A stretch of DNA of 64,000 nt from Chitinophaga pinensis (GCA_945865315.1 CAMBDK010000002.1:5105-69104); one strand, 5' to 3'; positions 8,983 to 19,959 are shown, counted from the stretch's first letter. The notes: a model not told the origin generated them from the letters alone. Made by a program: numbers and translations.

Positions 8983-11424
8983 TTAAATCTCAAAGCCCCA
9001 TTCATCGTTAAAGTTTTTTCCTGGCGACAATGGTTTTTTTGAAATTTCATCCTTTAATTGAGCTTTTACATCATTGGGCGGGATCCATCTTTCCTCTTTT
9101 TGATTTAGTTTTTGTTTCTGTGATTTTTGATTTCCTTTATTCATTTTTTTTTCAAAAGGATTCCCGAATGAAGTTTTAGTTTCATTTTGTTGCATGTGGT
9201 TAACAGATTTATCAGGTGCTACTTCAACCAGAGCAAAGTCTAATTGTTTTTTTACTAAATCAGCACGTTTAACTTCAATTCTAATTGTTTCTCCAAGGGT
9301 GAGTACCTTTCCATATTTGCGACCACGCAGGCAGTAATTTTCCTGATCAAAAAAATAATTATCGTTATGTAAATCTCTTAATCGAATCATTCCTTCGCAA
9401 TGATTTTCAATTATTTCAACAAAAATCCCCCATTCGGTAACACCAGAAATAATACCATCAAATTCCACTCCTATTTTATCGGTTAAAAATTGAACCTGTT
9501 TGTATTTAATAGAAGCCCGCTCTGCATCTGCTGCAAGTTTTTCCATATTAGAGGAATGTTTACATTGCTCCTCTAGTTTTTCTATATCTGGATTTGCCCC
9601 CCCATCCAGGTAATGTTGCAATAATCGATGCACCATCACATCAGGATACCTGCGAATAGGTGAGGTGAAGTGTGTATAGTAGTCGAAATTTAAACCGTAA
9701 TGACCAATATTTTTTGTAGTATAAATTGCTTTCGCCATTGTTCGTATGGCAAGCATCTCAATCATTCCTGCTTCTTTTTTTTGATGCACTTCTTTCAATA
9801 AACTATTCATTGAATCAGCAACAGCTTTTTCGTTTTTTATATTTATTTTGTATCCAAATTTACCAACAAACTCAGCAAAACTTGCCAGTTTATCAGGGTT
9901 TGGTTTATCATGAATACGGTATACAAATGGGCGTTTGCTCTCTCTGTTATTTGCATCCGCCGAATTGTTTTGAGATTTTGATGCTGCTCGCTCCGTTTCT
10001 CTTTTTTTACCAATAAATTCAGCTACTTTACGGTTAGCCAAAAGCATAAAGTCTTCAATAAGCTGATTGGAATCTTTTGCTGTTTTAAAAAACACCCCCG
10101 TTGGATTTCCTCCTTCATCCAAATGGAATTTAACTTCTACTTTTTCAAAAGCAATGCTTCCTTTTCTAAACCTATTAGCGCGCAATAGTTTTGCTAATCG
10201 GTCAAGTGTTAAAATTTCATCACAATATTCTCCTTCTTCTGTTTCTATGATTAGTTGCGCATCTTCATAAGCAAATCTTTTGTTTGAATTTATTATTGTT
10301 CGTCCAAACCATTCATTTAAAACTTCTGCATCCTCTGTTATTTCAAATACTGCCGAAAAGCATAATTTTTCCTCGTTAGGGCGCAAGGAGCATACATTAT
10401 TGGAAAGCACCTCTGGTAACATTGGAACTACCCTATCTACTAAATATACAGAGGTAGCTCTTGAAATAGCTTCCTGGTCTATCATAGAGTTTAACTTTAC
10501 ATAATGACTTACATCTGCAATATGTACCCCAACTTCCCAATTGCCATTGCTTAATTTTTGGATGGAGAGCGCGTCATCAAAATCTTTAGCATCAACGGGG
10601 TCAATAGTAAAAGTTGTAATGTTTCTAAAGTCGCGTCTTTTTGCAATTTCTTGTTCTGTTATTATTATTGGAATTAAATCCGCTGCCCGTTCTACATCTT
10701 TTGGAAATTCGTATGGCAAGCCAAATTCAGCAAGAATAGCATGCATTTCGGTGTTGTTATCGCCTACATTACCTAGTACTTCAATTATTTCACCAATTGG
10801 ATTTACACCGTTCTTAGGCCATTCGGTAATTTTCGCTATTGCTTTTTGCCCATCTTTTGCACCATTTAGTTTATCTAATGGGATATAAATATCCATATTT
10901 GTTTTGTTGTTGCTGGGCACTAAAAAAGCAAAACGAGGAGAAAGTTGAATAACGCCAACAAATTTTATTTTAGCTCTAGTTATTACTTCCACGATTTCTC
11001 CTTCCTGTTTTTCTTTTCTTTTTGCATATAAAAGCACTTTTACTGTATCACCATGCATCGCATTAAGTGTTTTAGTTGGGCTTATCAATACATCGTTTTC
11101 CGTTTCTTCAGATATAATATAGGCAACACCGCTGCCTGTCATATCAACTTTGCCAGTAATGTATTTTTTTGCTGAGATTATTCTAAATTTACCTCTTTCG
11201 GGTTCTGATACTGTCCCTGATTTTTTTAATTCTGCTAGTATTGTATTTATCAATATCCGCTGTGACTGGTCTACAATATTTAATTCAGCTGCTATTTGTT
11301 TATAGTTAAGTACTTTACTTGGGTTTTTGGATAATACTTTTATTATTTCCTCGAAGAAATAACCTTTACTCTTTTTTGTTGAGTCAATCTTTTGAAAAGA
11401 GTTTTTCATAGTTTTTTTTGTCAT
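8983..11424 (-). CDS. rnr: Ribonuclease R
   Basis: N-terminal wHTH, cold-shock-like domains, RNB catalytic core (DAKDFDDALS, HIADVSHYV), S1 domain and a Lys-rich C-terminal tail. Confidence 0.9.
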   Translation of the reverse strand: MTKKTMKNSFQKIDSTKKSKGYFFEEIIKVLSKNPSKVLNYKQIAAELNIVDQSQRILINTILAELKKSGTVSEPERGKFRIISAKKYITGKVDMTGSGVAYIISEETENDVLISPTKTLNAMHGDTVKVLLYAKRKEKQEGEIVEVITRAKIKFVGVIQLSPRFAFLVPSNNKTNMDIYIPLDKLNGAKDGQKAIAKITEWPKNGVNPIGEIIEVLGNVGDNNTEMHAILAEFGLPYEFPKDVERAADLIPIIITEQEIAKRRDFRNITTFTIDPVDAKDFDDALSIQKLSNGNWEVGVHIADVSHYVKLNSMIDQEAISRATSVYLVDRVVPMLPEVLSNNVCSLRPNEEKLCFSAVFEITEDAEVLNEWFGRTIINSNKRFAYEDAQLIIETEEGEYCDEILTLDRLAKLLRANRFRKGSIAFEKVEVKFHLDEGGNPTGVFFKTAKDSNQLIEDFMLLANRKVAEFIGKKRETERAASKSQNNSADANNRESKRPFVYRIHDKPNPDKLASFAEFVGKFGYKINIKNEKAVADSMNSLLKEVHQKKEAGMIEMLAIRTMAKAIYTTKNIGHYGLNFDYYTHFTSPIRRYPDVMVHRLLQHYLDGGANPDIEKLEEQCKHSSNMEKLAADAERASIKYKQVQFLTDKIGVEFDGIISGVTEWGIFVEIIENHCEGMIRLRDLHNDNYFFDQENYCLRGRKYGKVLTLGETIRIEVKRADLVKKQLDFALVEVAPDKSVNHMQQNETKTSFGNPFEKKMNKGNQKSQKQKLNQKEERWIPPNDVKAQLKDEISKKPLSPGKNFNDEWGFEI

Positions 11425-11700
11425 ACGCCAAATGTAACAGAAATAAAATTATTTAACAATATATTTAATCTTGGTTTATTGATTTGTTAATTTTTTTATT
11501 TGTTGGTTTTTTCTCTTGTAGTTTTATATTTTAATTTTTTTATTATTATTATCTGTTCAATATTTTTCATTTAACGGGCTAAAATTATTGATGGGAGCGC
11601 TGAATTGTAGAATTTTATTTAAATATCAACAATTTTAAAAAACAACAATAAATAAAAGTAAATTTGTGAATAACATAATATATCCCCCTTTTGACTATTC

Positions 11701-14268
11701 ATGACAGATAATTATTTAGATGAATTAAATTCCGTACAACGGAAAGCCGTTGAATGTACTGATGGTGCTGTAATGATTATTGCAGGCGCAGGTTCAGGGA
11801 AAACACGTGTACTTACTTATCGCATAGCACACCTTATAAAAAAGGGAGTTGATCCCTTTAATATTCTTTCGCTAACCTTTACCAACAAAGCCGCTCGTGA
11901 AATGAAAGAGCGTATTGCTAAAGTAGTTGGCGGTAGTGAGTCAAAAAATATCTGGATGGGTACTTTCCATTCTGTTTTCTCAAGAATTTTAAGGAGCGAA
12001 GCTGAAAAGATTGGATATCCAAGTAATTTTACAATTTACGATACCGATAATTCAAAAAGTTTAATTAAAACAATATTAAAGGAGCAAGGCTTGGATGATA
12101 AAATTTATAAGCCCAGTTTGGTACTGTCTCGTATTTCTGCCGCAAAAAATAATTTAATATCTGCACAAGCATACTTAAATAATACTATAGCAATAGAAGA
12201 GGATCGCCAGTCTGCAAAACCAAAGTTGGGACTCGTCTATCAAATTTATGCTAACCGCTGTTTCAAATCAGGAGCAATGGATTTTGATGATTTATTATTT
12301 AACACTAATATTTTATTACGTGATTTCCCAAAGGTGCTCCTTAAATATCAGCATAAGTTTAAATATATTATGGTGGATGAGTATCAGGATACTAATTTTT
12401 CACAATATGTAATTATTAAACAATTGGCTGCCGCGTATCGTAATGTATGTGTTGTGGGCGATGATGCACAGAGTATTTACGCATTTCGAGGAGCAAATAT
12501 TCAAAATATTTTCAATTTCGAAAAAGATTATCCAGAATTAAATGTTTTTAAATTGGAACAAAATTATCGCTCTACAAAAATTATTGTAGGAGCAGCTAAT
12601 ACTCTTATTTCTAAAAATGTAGAGCAGTTGAAAAAAAATATTTTTACCGAAAATAAAGAAGGTGAACTTATAAGGGTTGTAAAAACAGAGTCGGACAATT
12701 CGGAAGGGAGTTTTGTTGCAGGTTCTATTTTCGAAACAAAAATGAATGAGCAAGTGCATAACCGAGAATTTGCAATACTTTATCGCACTAACGCACAATC
12801 ACGAGCGATGGAGGAAGCTTTGCGCCGACAAAATATTGCGTATCGTATTTTTGGTGGTTTATCGTTTTATCAGCGTAAAGAAATAAAAGATCTTTTAGCT
12901 TATTATCGGCTTGCTATTAATAATAATGATGAGGAAGCATTAAAACGAATAATTAATTATCCTGCGCGTGGCATTGGAGAAACTACGATTGAGAGGATTA
13001 TAGTAGCCTCAAACGATCATAATATAAGCCTTTGGAAAGTTGTTGAAAATATAAATGAATTTGATATTGGATTAAATTCTGGGGCTAAAGCAAAAGTGGA
13101 TGAATTTGCAATAATGATAAAAAGCTTTTCGGCAATGCTGAAAACCTCCAGTGCTTTTGATTTAGGGCAATACATTGCTGTTCATTCAGGGATCTTGAGA
13201 GATTTATATGTTGATAAATCTCCTGAAGGAGTTAGTCGGCATGAAAATATACAGGAGCTATTGAATGGTTTGAAAGAATTTACAGAAAGTGAAATTGAAT
13301 TAAATGATATTGGTGAAGAGCTAAGCGAAAACAATGATAATACAATAGAAAATGAAATTTTTATTGATGATGCCAAGGAGAAAGGACTAGGTGTGGATAA
13401 TGAAAATTCTTCTTCAATAATAATTGCTCAGGATGAAAAAGAACGTCCTATAAAAAAGGAATTTTCAGATTTGTTATTTTCATTTGAGGATGAAAATAAA
13501 GGGGCCACAGGAGATGCTAATATCGGCTTAGCAGATGTTACTAATATTGCGGAATCTCCAACAATAATTTCTGCAAATATTTCATTGGCTGTTTTTATGC
13601 AGGATATTGCACTTATGACTGATGCGGATAAAAAAGCAGAAACGGAGGAAGATAAAAACAGAGTTTCCCTTATGACAGTGCATGCAGCAAAAGGGCTAGA
13701 GTTCCCCTATGTATATGTGGTAGGTTTAGAAGAAAATTTATTTCCTTCGCAATTGTCCTTAACTGAAAGATCTGACTTGGAGGAGGAGCGCAGATTGTTT
13801 TATGTTGCAATCACTCGCGCCGAGAAACGCCTAACTTTATCCTATTCCACTACACGATACAGGTGGGGTAATTTAATTTACTGTGAGCCAAGCCGTTTTA
13901 TCGATGAAGTAGATTCCAAATATTTAGATTTCCCTTCAGATAATAGTGGAGATATATTTGGGAAAGAAAATTATTCGAACAAAAATAAAAGAATTGTAGG
14001 TAAGACAAAAGATGCTTTTGAATTAGGAGCGGTTAAAAATAAAAAATTAGTTAAAATAAATTCAGCAGTCAGAAATACCTCTGATTTTGATACAGAAAGT
14101 TTAAGGGGTTTACAAGTTGGTATGCAGGTAGAGCATGATCGTTTTGGAAATGGAAAAGTAATTAATATGGAAGGGGCTTTCCCAAATAATAAAGCCACGA
14201 TATTTTTTAATGGCGTGGGTCAAAAACAATTATTGATAAAATTTGCAAAATTAAGAATTGTAGAATAA
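11701..14268 (+). CDS. ATP-dependent DNA helicase, UvrD/PcrA/Rep family
   Basis: Walker A AGAGSGKT, motif II VDEYQDTN, QNYRST, TVHAAKGLEF and LFYVAITRAEKRL. The C-terminus is Tudor-like (GMQVEHDRFGNGKV). Contains an acidic ~100-aa insertion. Confidence 0.9.
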   Translation: MTDNYLDELNSVQRKAVECTDGAVMIIAGAGSGKTRVLTYRIAHLIKKGVDPFNILSLTFTNKAAREMKERIAKVVGGSESKNIWMGTFHSVFSRILRSEAEKIGYPSNFTIYDTDNSKSLIKTILKEQGLDDKIYKPSLVLSRISAAKNNLISAQAYLNNTIAIEEDRQSAKPKLGLVYQIYANRCFKSGAMDFDDLLFNTNILLRDFPKVLLKYQHKFKYIMVDEYQDTNFSQYVIIKQLAAAYRNVCVVGDDAQSIYAFRGANIQNIFNFEKDYPELNVFKLEQNYRSTKIIVGAANTLISKNVEQLKKNIFTENKEGELIRVVKTESDNSEGSFVAGSIFETKMNEQVHNREFAILYRTNAQSRAMEEALRRQNIAYRIFGGLSFYQRKEIKDLLAYYRLAINNNDEEALKRIINYPARGIGETTIERIIVASNDHNISLWKVVENINEFDIGLNSGAKAKVDEFAIMIKSFSAMLKTSSAFDLGQYIAVHSGILRDLYVDKSPEGVSRHENIQELLNGLKEFTESEIELNDIGEELSENNDNTIENEIFIDDAKEKGLGVDNENSSSIIIAQDEKERPIKKEFSDLLFSFEDENKGATGDANIGLADVTNIAESPTIISANISLAVFMQDIALMTDADKKAETEEDKNRVSLMTVHAAKGLEFPYVYVVGLEENLFPSQLSLTERSDLEEERRLFYVAITRAEKRLTLSYSTTRYRWGNLIYCEPSRFIDEVDSKYLDFPSDNSGDIFGKENYSNKNKRIVGKTKDAFELGAVKNKKLVKINSAVRNTSDFDTESLRGLQVGMQVEHDRFGNGKVINMEGAFPNNKATIFFNGVGQKQLLIKFAKLRIVE

Positions 14269-14643
14269 TTTTTTTCCTTTAATTTCGTATTTCCCCGGTA
14301 AGTCGAATACGTTATTTAACAGCACGGCAAGCATTTTTATTTATTTATTTTATCTAACTAGTATAAAGCTTTAAAATTGATTTTAAGTTCAATAATCTGA
14401 AGGCTTTTATACAAATTCAGGATTAAAACTCAATGGATATAGCTTGCAGCGGTCTCCCTGTGTCAAAAAAAATCGCAGGCAAAAATATTAAAACAAAAGC
14501 CAATAAAAATACAAGTACTATCACAATGCCCTTCCCTATCTTGGCTCTCAACATTTATAAAAATTATTATAAGTAGTTTAATAAAAAATTTGTGATGGTT
14601 TAATAGATTTTAGGAGTATAAATTCTAATTCCGTTTGTTCTAT

Positions 14644-15525
14644 TTATTTATTTTTTTCAATTTTAATAAGAGTAAATTTCCCCTTTTCTAAACTAGTAAG
14701 AACAGGGGTAGTAGTTTCTTTATCAATAAGAATAATATTCACAGTGTTTGGAGCAATTTCTCCTTCATTCACTGCTATAATCTTGATTATGCAGGAGTCT
14801 TCATGAAAAGGGAGCACAAGTCTTTTCTTCTCCCGTCCTATTACAAAGTTTTCAAGGATTGTTTTTTCATTTATAATTATAGATATCTTGTCATTATCAA
14901 TATTTAATCCATCCCAAACATCAAATATGATTTCTTCGGATGACCACTTTAGTTTCAAATTTTCATTGGCATGCAATTTCGTCTCCTTTGATGTTTTTAG
15001 TAGGGCTTTATATTTTTCTGCGACTAATTTCAAACTGTCATTACTTTTGACCATTTGGGAATTAACCAATTTGTCATAACCCCTTTCGATTTGATCAGAA
15101 CTAACTAAATAAATATTGCCTTCTGAACAATTCTGTTTATTATTAAACTTCCCTGTGAAATTTCCCTGAATAATTTTTTTTCCCTTTAAGGTTTTTATTT
15201 TAGCATTTTCAACGATTACGAAACAAAACTCATTAACATCTGAATTTGACTTTGTGCTAATATTTTCTGTTTCGTGAAAAGAGATAGAATTTCCTTTGGC
15301 ACTATATTTTCCAACAATTTTTGACCTTGTCGCATTATCTCCATAAATATCTGTAAATGAGGTTCCTTCAATTTTCCCACCTTGAAGTTCTTTAAAATTA
15401 ATTTTATAGGAAATTACAACACCCTCTTGCATTTGCAAGGCTCCAATGAATTCAATTTTTTTATTCCCTTGACAATATAAAGGAGAAATAAAAAAAATAT
15501 AAATAACACAAATAATTAGTTTCAT
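14644..15525 (-). CDS. Hypothetical secreted protein
   Basis: Long ORF with an N-terminal signal peptide (MKLIICVIYIFFISPLYCQG). I recognise no motif. Confidence 0.5.
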   Translation of the reverse strand: MKLIICVIYIFFISPLYCQGNKKIEFIGALQMQEGVVISYKINFKELQGGKIEGTSFTDIYGDNATRSKIVGKYSAKGNSISFHETENISTKSNSDVNEFCFVIVENAKIKTLKGKKIIQGNFTGKFNNKQNCSEGNIYLVSSDQIERGYDKLVNSQMVKSNDSLKLVAEKYKALLKTSKETKLHANENLKLKWSSEEIIFDVWDGLNIDNDKISIIINEKTILENFVIGREKKRLVLPFHEDSCIIKIIAVNEGEIAPNTVNIILIDKETTTPVLTSLEKGKFTLIKIEKNK

Positions 15526-15576
15526 AAATATTACTATATATTTGTAAATATAAACAATTTAAAACCACATAAAAAT

Positions 15577-15969
15577 ATGAAAAACAGAAAAGTATTAAAA
15601 ACCTTTGTCATTGCATTCTTGTTTTTTCTTAACCCAATCTTCGGATCGTTTCCTGTAAAGAGCCCTTCCAAAGCCCCGGACAAAAATGAACAGACAACAA
15701 TTAATTCGCAAAATGGTTCCGTTTTTGAAGATACAAAAATTGAAACGTTAAAATCAAATTTGGAATCTTCACCTTTAACGGATTCTACAAAAAGTAAAGA
15801 TGATTTAGTTATATTATTAGTACTATGGTTTTTCTTAGGTTTTTTGGCAGCCCACAGATGGTATGCAAAAAAACCAGCTGGTTGGAACATTTTATTTATC
15901 CTTACGTTTGGAGGTTTGGGAGTGTGGGCTATAATTGATTTGATAAGCATCCTAACAGGTAATTTTTAA
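15577..15969 (+). CDS. TM2 domain-containing membrane protein
   Basis: Signal peptide followed by a C-terminal two-helix TM2-type segment (WFFLGFLAAHRWYAKKPAGWNILFILTFGGLGVWAIIDLISIL). Confidence 0.7.
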   Translation: MKNRKVLKTFVIAFLFFLNPIFGSFPVKSPSKAPDKNEQTTINSQNGSVFEDTKIETLKSNLESSPLTDSTKSKDDLVILLVLWFFLGFLAAHRWYAKKPAGWNILFILTFGGLGVWAIIDLISILTGNF

Positions 15970-15996
15970 TTTTAATCGGGTTTCTTAATTAGAAGA

Positions 15997-16022
15997 GGTT
16001 GCCTGGGAAGGCGACCTTTTTT
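15997..16022 (+). terminator. Intrinsic terminator after the TM2-domain gene
   Basis: GGTTGCC-TGGGAA-GGCGACC hairpin (7 bp, one G:U) followed by T6. Confidence 0.55.
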
Positions 16023-16265
16023 ATTTAAAATGAAAATACAACAATTTTGAGAACACTTTAAAGCAGCACAGCCTTTTAAAAAAAAACTCGCTTTTTTAAG
16101 AAGTTTAATAGTGCAAAATAAAAACCAGTGTTATTTCTGAATTGTTTTTCTCATGTTTTGCTTCCAAGGATGTATTATTATTGTTTTTTTTAAAATATTC
16201 AATTTAATTAGTTTTAATTATACTGTTTTTTTTGTTGCATTTTCATAATAGCTTTATTTTATAAA

Positions 16266-16823
16266 ATGAAAAAATATTTCTCCGCTTTAATTTATTTTGT
16301 GTTAAAAATAATTTCGCCAAAAAAATATTTAGTACGGCCAAATATTAATATTGATTCCAATCCAGGTTTTTCAATTTATGATATCACAATGAAATCAATT
16401 GATGGAGAAAATATTCAATTGTCAAGATATTTAGGAAAAAAAATATTAATTGTAAATACGGCATCTAAATGTGGCTTTACAAATCAATATAATGAGTTAG
16501 AAGCGTTTCAGATAAAAAACCAGGATTCATTTGTAGTACTTGGTTTCCCTGCTAATAATTTTGGAGGGCAGGAGTCAGGAAGCAATGAGGATATTATAAC
16601 ATTCTGTAAACTTAATTTTGGTGTAACATTTCAGTTGTTTGAAAAATCGGATGTAATAGGTCCAAATCAAAATCTGTTATACAAATGGCTTAGCGATAAA
16701 GATAAAAATGGCTGGAATGATGTACCACCTAGTTGGAATTTTTGCAAATATGTAATTAATGAAAAAGGCGAACTATTAAATTTTTATTCCTCTTCAGTAA
16801 ACCCATTAATATCTATTTCATAA
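16266..16823 (+). CDS. Glutathione peroxidase (Cys-type)
   Basis: NTASKCGFT active-site block, LGFPANNFGGQE and WNFCKY(V) motifs. The N-terminal hydrophobic extension suggests export, or the true start lies further downstream. Confidence 0.85.
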   Translation: MKKYFSALIYFVLKIISPKKYLVRPNINIDSNPGFSIYDITMKSIDGENIQLSRYLGKKILIVNTASKCGFTNQYNELEAFQIKNQDSFVVLGFPANNFGGQESGSNEDIITFCKLNFGVTFQLFEKSDVIGPNQNLLYKWLSDKDKNGWNDVPPSWNFCKYVINEKGELLNFYSSSVNPLISIS

Positions 16824-16842
16824 TAATTTCAAAATTATTAAT

Positions 16843-17898
16843 TTAATTTTGCTGAATCATTTTTTTTAATCCCTCAATCCATAGCGGGTTATCATTTAAG
16901 CTTTCTACCAATGTAATTTTCTCACCGCCATGTTCTCTAAAAATTTCATTGTATTCTATTCCAATTTCATAAATCGTTTCAAGGCAATCAGCAACAAATG
17001 CGGGAGAAAATACTAATATATTCTTCTTACCTTCTTTCGCTTTTTTCATTATTATTTCATCACTATATGGCTTTATCCATTTATTATCCAGTCGGGATTG
17101 AAACGTAGTTTCATAATTTCCCTCTGTAATATTTAAGCGCTTTACTAATTGTCGAGTAGTCTCGAAACAATTAGCACGATAACAATAGTTGTTATCTTTT
17201 GTAATGGCGTCGCAGCAAGTTTTGAAATTGCAATTTCCAGAACCATAGTTTGCTGTAGCCTTCAATATGTGTCGCTCGGGTAAACCATGATAACTAAAAA
17301 TATAATAATCATATTTTTTTTTATCCCTGCTATCATCCTCTACAGCAGTTGTATCCACATTGCTCATGTATTTTTTTGCTACTTCAACACAAGCATCTAT
17401 AAAATATGGATTGTCATGAAATTTTGATATAACTTTAATAGAAGGGATTACTTCCCACTTGCCAATAATGTTTATAGCCTCTTCAATAGAGGAGCCTGTG
17501 CTGGATGAGGCGTATTGTGGATATAGAGGAATAATAATTATTTTTTCGACTTTCTCCTCCCTTAGTTTATTTAATGCTAAATATATGCTAGGGCTTTGGT
17601 AACGCATTCCTAATTCTACTATATATGTATCTCCTAATGCCTTTTGCAGTGCTTTTTTTAATTTTACACTATTTACTAATAGTGGCGAACCTTCTGTTGT
17701 CCATATTTCTTTGTACAATTTTGCTGATTTTGAAGAACGAAATGGAACAATAATGCCATTCACTAATAAAAAACGAGCGATAGGATTTATATCAATTACC
17801 CTTGGGTCGTTAAGGAATTGTGATAAGTATTTTCTAACATCAGATACTTTCGGACTATCTGGGGTTCCTAGGTTTATTATAAGTACTCCTGTTTTCAT
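16843..17898 (-). CDS. hemH: Ferrochelatase
   Basis: Starts MKTGVLIINLGTPDSP and contains PLYPQYASSSTGS, FSYHGLP and the C-terminal block SPAFVADCLET. Contains a Cys-rich internal insertion. Confidence 0.9.
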   Translation of the reverse strand: MKTGVLIINLGTPDSPKVSDVRKYLSQFLNDPRVIDINPIARFLLVNGIIVPFRSSKSAKLYKEIWTTEGSPLLVNSVKLKKALQKALGDTYIVELGMRYQSPSIYLALNKLREEKVEKIIIIPLYPQYASSSTGSSIEEAINIIGKWEVIPSIKVISKFHDNPYFIDACVEVAKKYMSNVDTTAVEDDSRDKKKYDYYIFSYHGLPERHILKATANYGSGNCNFKTCCDAITKDNNYCYRANCFETTRQLVKRLNITEGNYETTFQSRLDNKWIKPYSDEIIMKKAKEGKKNILVFSPAFVADCLETIYEIGIEYNEIFREHGGEKITLVESLNDNPLWIEGLKKMIQQN

Positions 17899-18013
17899 AA
17901 TGTGTTTTTTATTCTAATTTTTTAAATTAACAATGCATAAGAGTTATTGGAAAAGTAATATTTAATATTTTTTAAAAACTCATTAGCGATTTTTTAATAA
18001 ATATTTTTTTAGT

Positions 18014-19624
18014 TTAATGCTGTTCGCTGTTCTTTTTCCGTTTTAATTTTAATAGTAAAAGCCAAGAATATACTGTTAGTATAAATGTTAAATACATTGC
18101 AGCCCTTCCAATATAATCTCCATAACGAGTGTAAAAGGTAAATAGCGTATTTAATTTTATTTCTGCTTTTATTATTTCAGGTGTCCACCATTTTGTTGCA
18201 TGCTCTATTTCCCCCCTATCGGTGATGATGCAGGAGATGCCTGTATTTGCTGATCGTGCAATATATCTTCGTGTTTCAATGGCTCTTAATACGCCATATT
18301 TTAAATGTTGCTTATAGCCAGGAGTGTCTCCCCACCAGCCATCATTTGTAATAATTGTAATAAATTGGGCACCATTTTTAATATATTCAGAAACATATTC
18401 GCCATAAACACTTTCATAACAAACTACAGGAGCTAATTTAATGCTGTTGTTTGGCGAAAAAAATACACTGCGCTCCTTTTGTTCGCCAAGGCTTCCCGAT
18501 GCTCCACCTAAATTAATTGCAAATTTTTCAAAATATTTAAAAATAAAGGGGAATGGCATTTTTTCCACACCAGGCACTAATTTCGATTTGTGATAAACTT
18601 GTATTATTTTACTTGTATCAATTTGAATAGCACTATTAAAAGTATCGTAATAGCCTTCCCCGTCTTTAAACTTGCGAGCAGTAGAGGATAGTTTTTCATT
18701 CAATTGGTAAAGCTTTGCTGTGGACGCACCAATAACAATTTTAACTTTTGGATAGTTTGTTAAAAACTTTCTTAATAATTTAATGCTTGTGGCTTGTTCT
18801 AGTTCACTCTCCCATAAATTTTCTGTTATTGCTGTTTCAGGAAAAATTAAATAATCAATTGTGGTGTCAATTTTATTGTCAGTCAATTGTAACATTTTTT
18901 CTAATTGCTGTTCGGCTCCGGATACAAATTTTTCATTGTAAGGGTCTATATTGGGTTGAACGATTAAAACATTTACTTTTTTATTTAAAGTGGAGGCGGA
19001 AGTAATGATGGCATATGAAATTATTAAAGGAAAGATAATTAAAAGACATAATGCAAGGATTTGTTTTTTTATATTTTGTGCCTTATATCCTGAAACTAAA
19101 TTAAAAACAATGCAATTAGCTATAAGCACCCACAGGCTGCCACCAAAAACTCCTGTATATTCATACCATTGAACCCAGTTATGATTTTCGGCAAACACAT
19201 TACCTAAGGTAAGCCAGGTCCATGTTAAATCCCAATCGAGATGTAAAAACTCGAATGTAATCCAGAAGCTAATAAATATTAATTGACTCCAATATCCTGA
19301 CAATCGTTTTTTTATTTTATGGTAAAACAAAAATACAATTGTCATCAGCAATGCATTTGAAATAATGGCCATTGCTGCACCTGCGAAAGATGCATTTTTT
19401 ATCCACCAAGTTGTTAAAATATTCCATGTGAAAAAGCATAAATAGGTACATGCGAACAGTACGATTGTCTTGTATTTTTGTGGGCTTTTAAATACAGCAT
19501 CCTCCACCATTAATATTGGCACTAATGCAATAAATATTAATGGTGTAAATCCATTTGGTAACCAAGCAAAAGTTAATAATAAAGCGCTTAATATGGAAAG
19601 TAAAAATAATTGGTAGGTTTTCAA
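18014..19624 (-). CDS. lnt: Apolipoprotein N-acyltransferase
   Basis: N-terminal polytopic membrane domain plus a CN-hydrolase domain with an E/K/C triad context (LIFPETA, HKSKLVPGVE, PVVCYES). Confidence 0.85.
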   Translation of the reverse strand: MKTYQLFLLSILSALLLTFAWLPNGFTPLIFIALVPILMVEDAVFKSPQKYKTIVLFACTYLCFFTWNILTTWWIKNASFAGAAMAIISNALLMTIVFLFYHKIKKRLSGYWSQLIFISFWITFEFLHLDWDLTWTWLTLGNVFAENHNWVQWYEYTGVFGGSLWVLIANCIVFNLVSGYKAQNIKKQILALCLLIIFPLIISYAIITSASTLNKKVNVLIVQPNIDPYNEKFVSGAEQQLEKMLQLTDNKIDTTIDYLIFPETAITENLWESELEQATSIKLLRKFLTNYPKVKIVIGASTAKLYQLNEKLSSTARKFKDGEGYYDTFNSAIQIDTSKIIQVYHKSKLVPGVEKMPFPFIFKYFEKFAINLGGASGSLGEQKERSVFFSPNNSIKLAPVVCYESVYGEYVSEYIKNGAQFITIITNDGWWGDTPGYKQHLKYGVLRAIETRRYIARSANTGISCIITDRGEIEHATKWWTPEIIKAEIKLNTLFTFYTRYGDYIGRAAMYLTFILTVYSWLLLLKLKRKKNSEQH

Positions 19625-19959
19625 ATGAATGGTTTTATTGTTTTGTTCCTTTAATTTTAAATGATGCGTTTTTTTGCATTATTTTTCAGCTTCTTCTAAT
19701 TTTATTTAATGCTCCTATTGCGATGATAAAAGTAATATAGAAATATATAAAAGCTCTTTTAGAGATTGCATTTTTTTATTATCAATAATGATTTATAATT
19801 TGTTTCATGCAATTTTATTATTTTCTTTATTCTGCAGCTGTTTGTTTTTTAAAGCTGCATTTTGTTTATTAAATACTAGTTTAGTTTTAAAAATAAATAT
19901 TTAATACCATAAAAAAATAAGTGTTATAAAAATTTTACAACTAAAAAAATATGTAATAA

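Noticed and set aside
14423-14554. 43-codon minus-strand ORF (MLRAKIGKGIVIVLVFLLAFVLIFLPAIFFDTGRPLQAISIEF) in the uvrD downstream spacer
   Set aside because: It is plausible as a single-TM small protein. It cannot be supported from sequence alone because it is short, has no recognisable homology, and hydrophobic ORFs arise easily in T-rich DNA.
19555-19740. 61-aa plus-strand ORF overlapping the lnt start
   Set aside because: It overlaps the 5' end of lnt on the opposite strand and continues into AT-rich spacer. There is no support for it.
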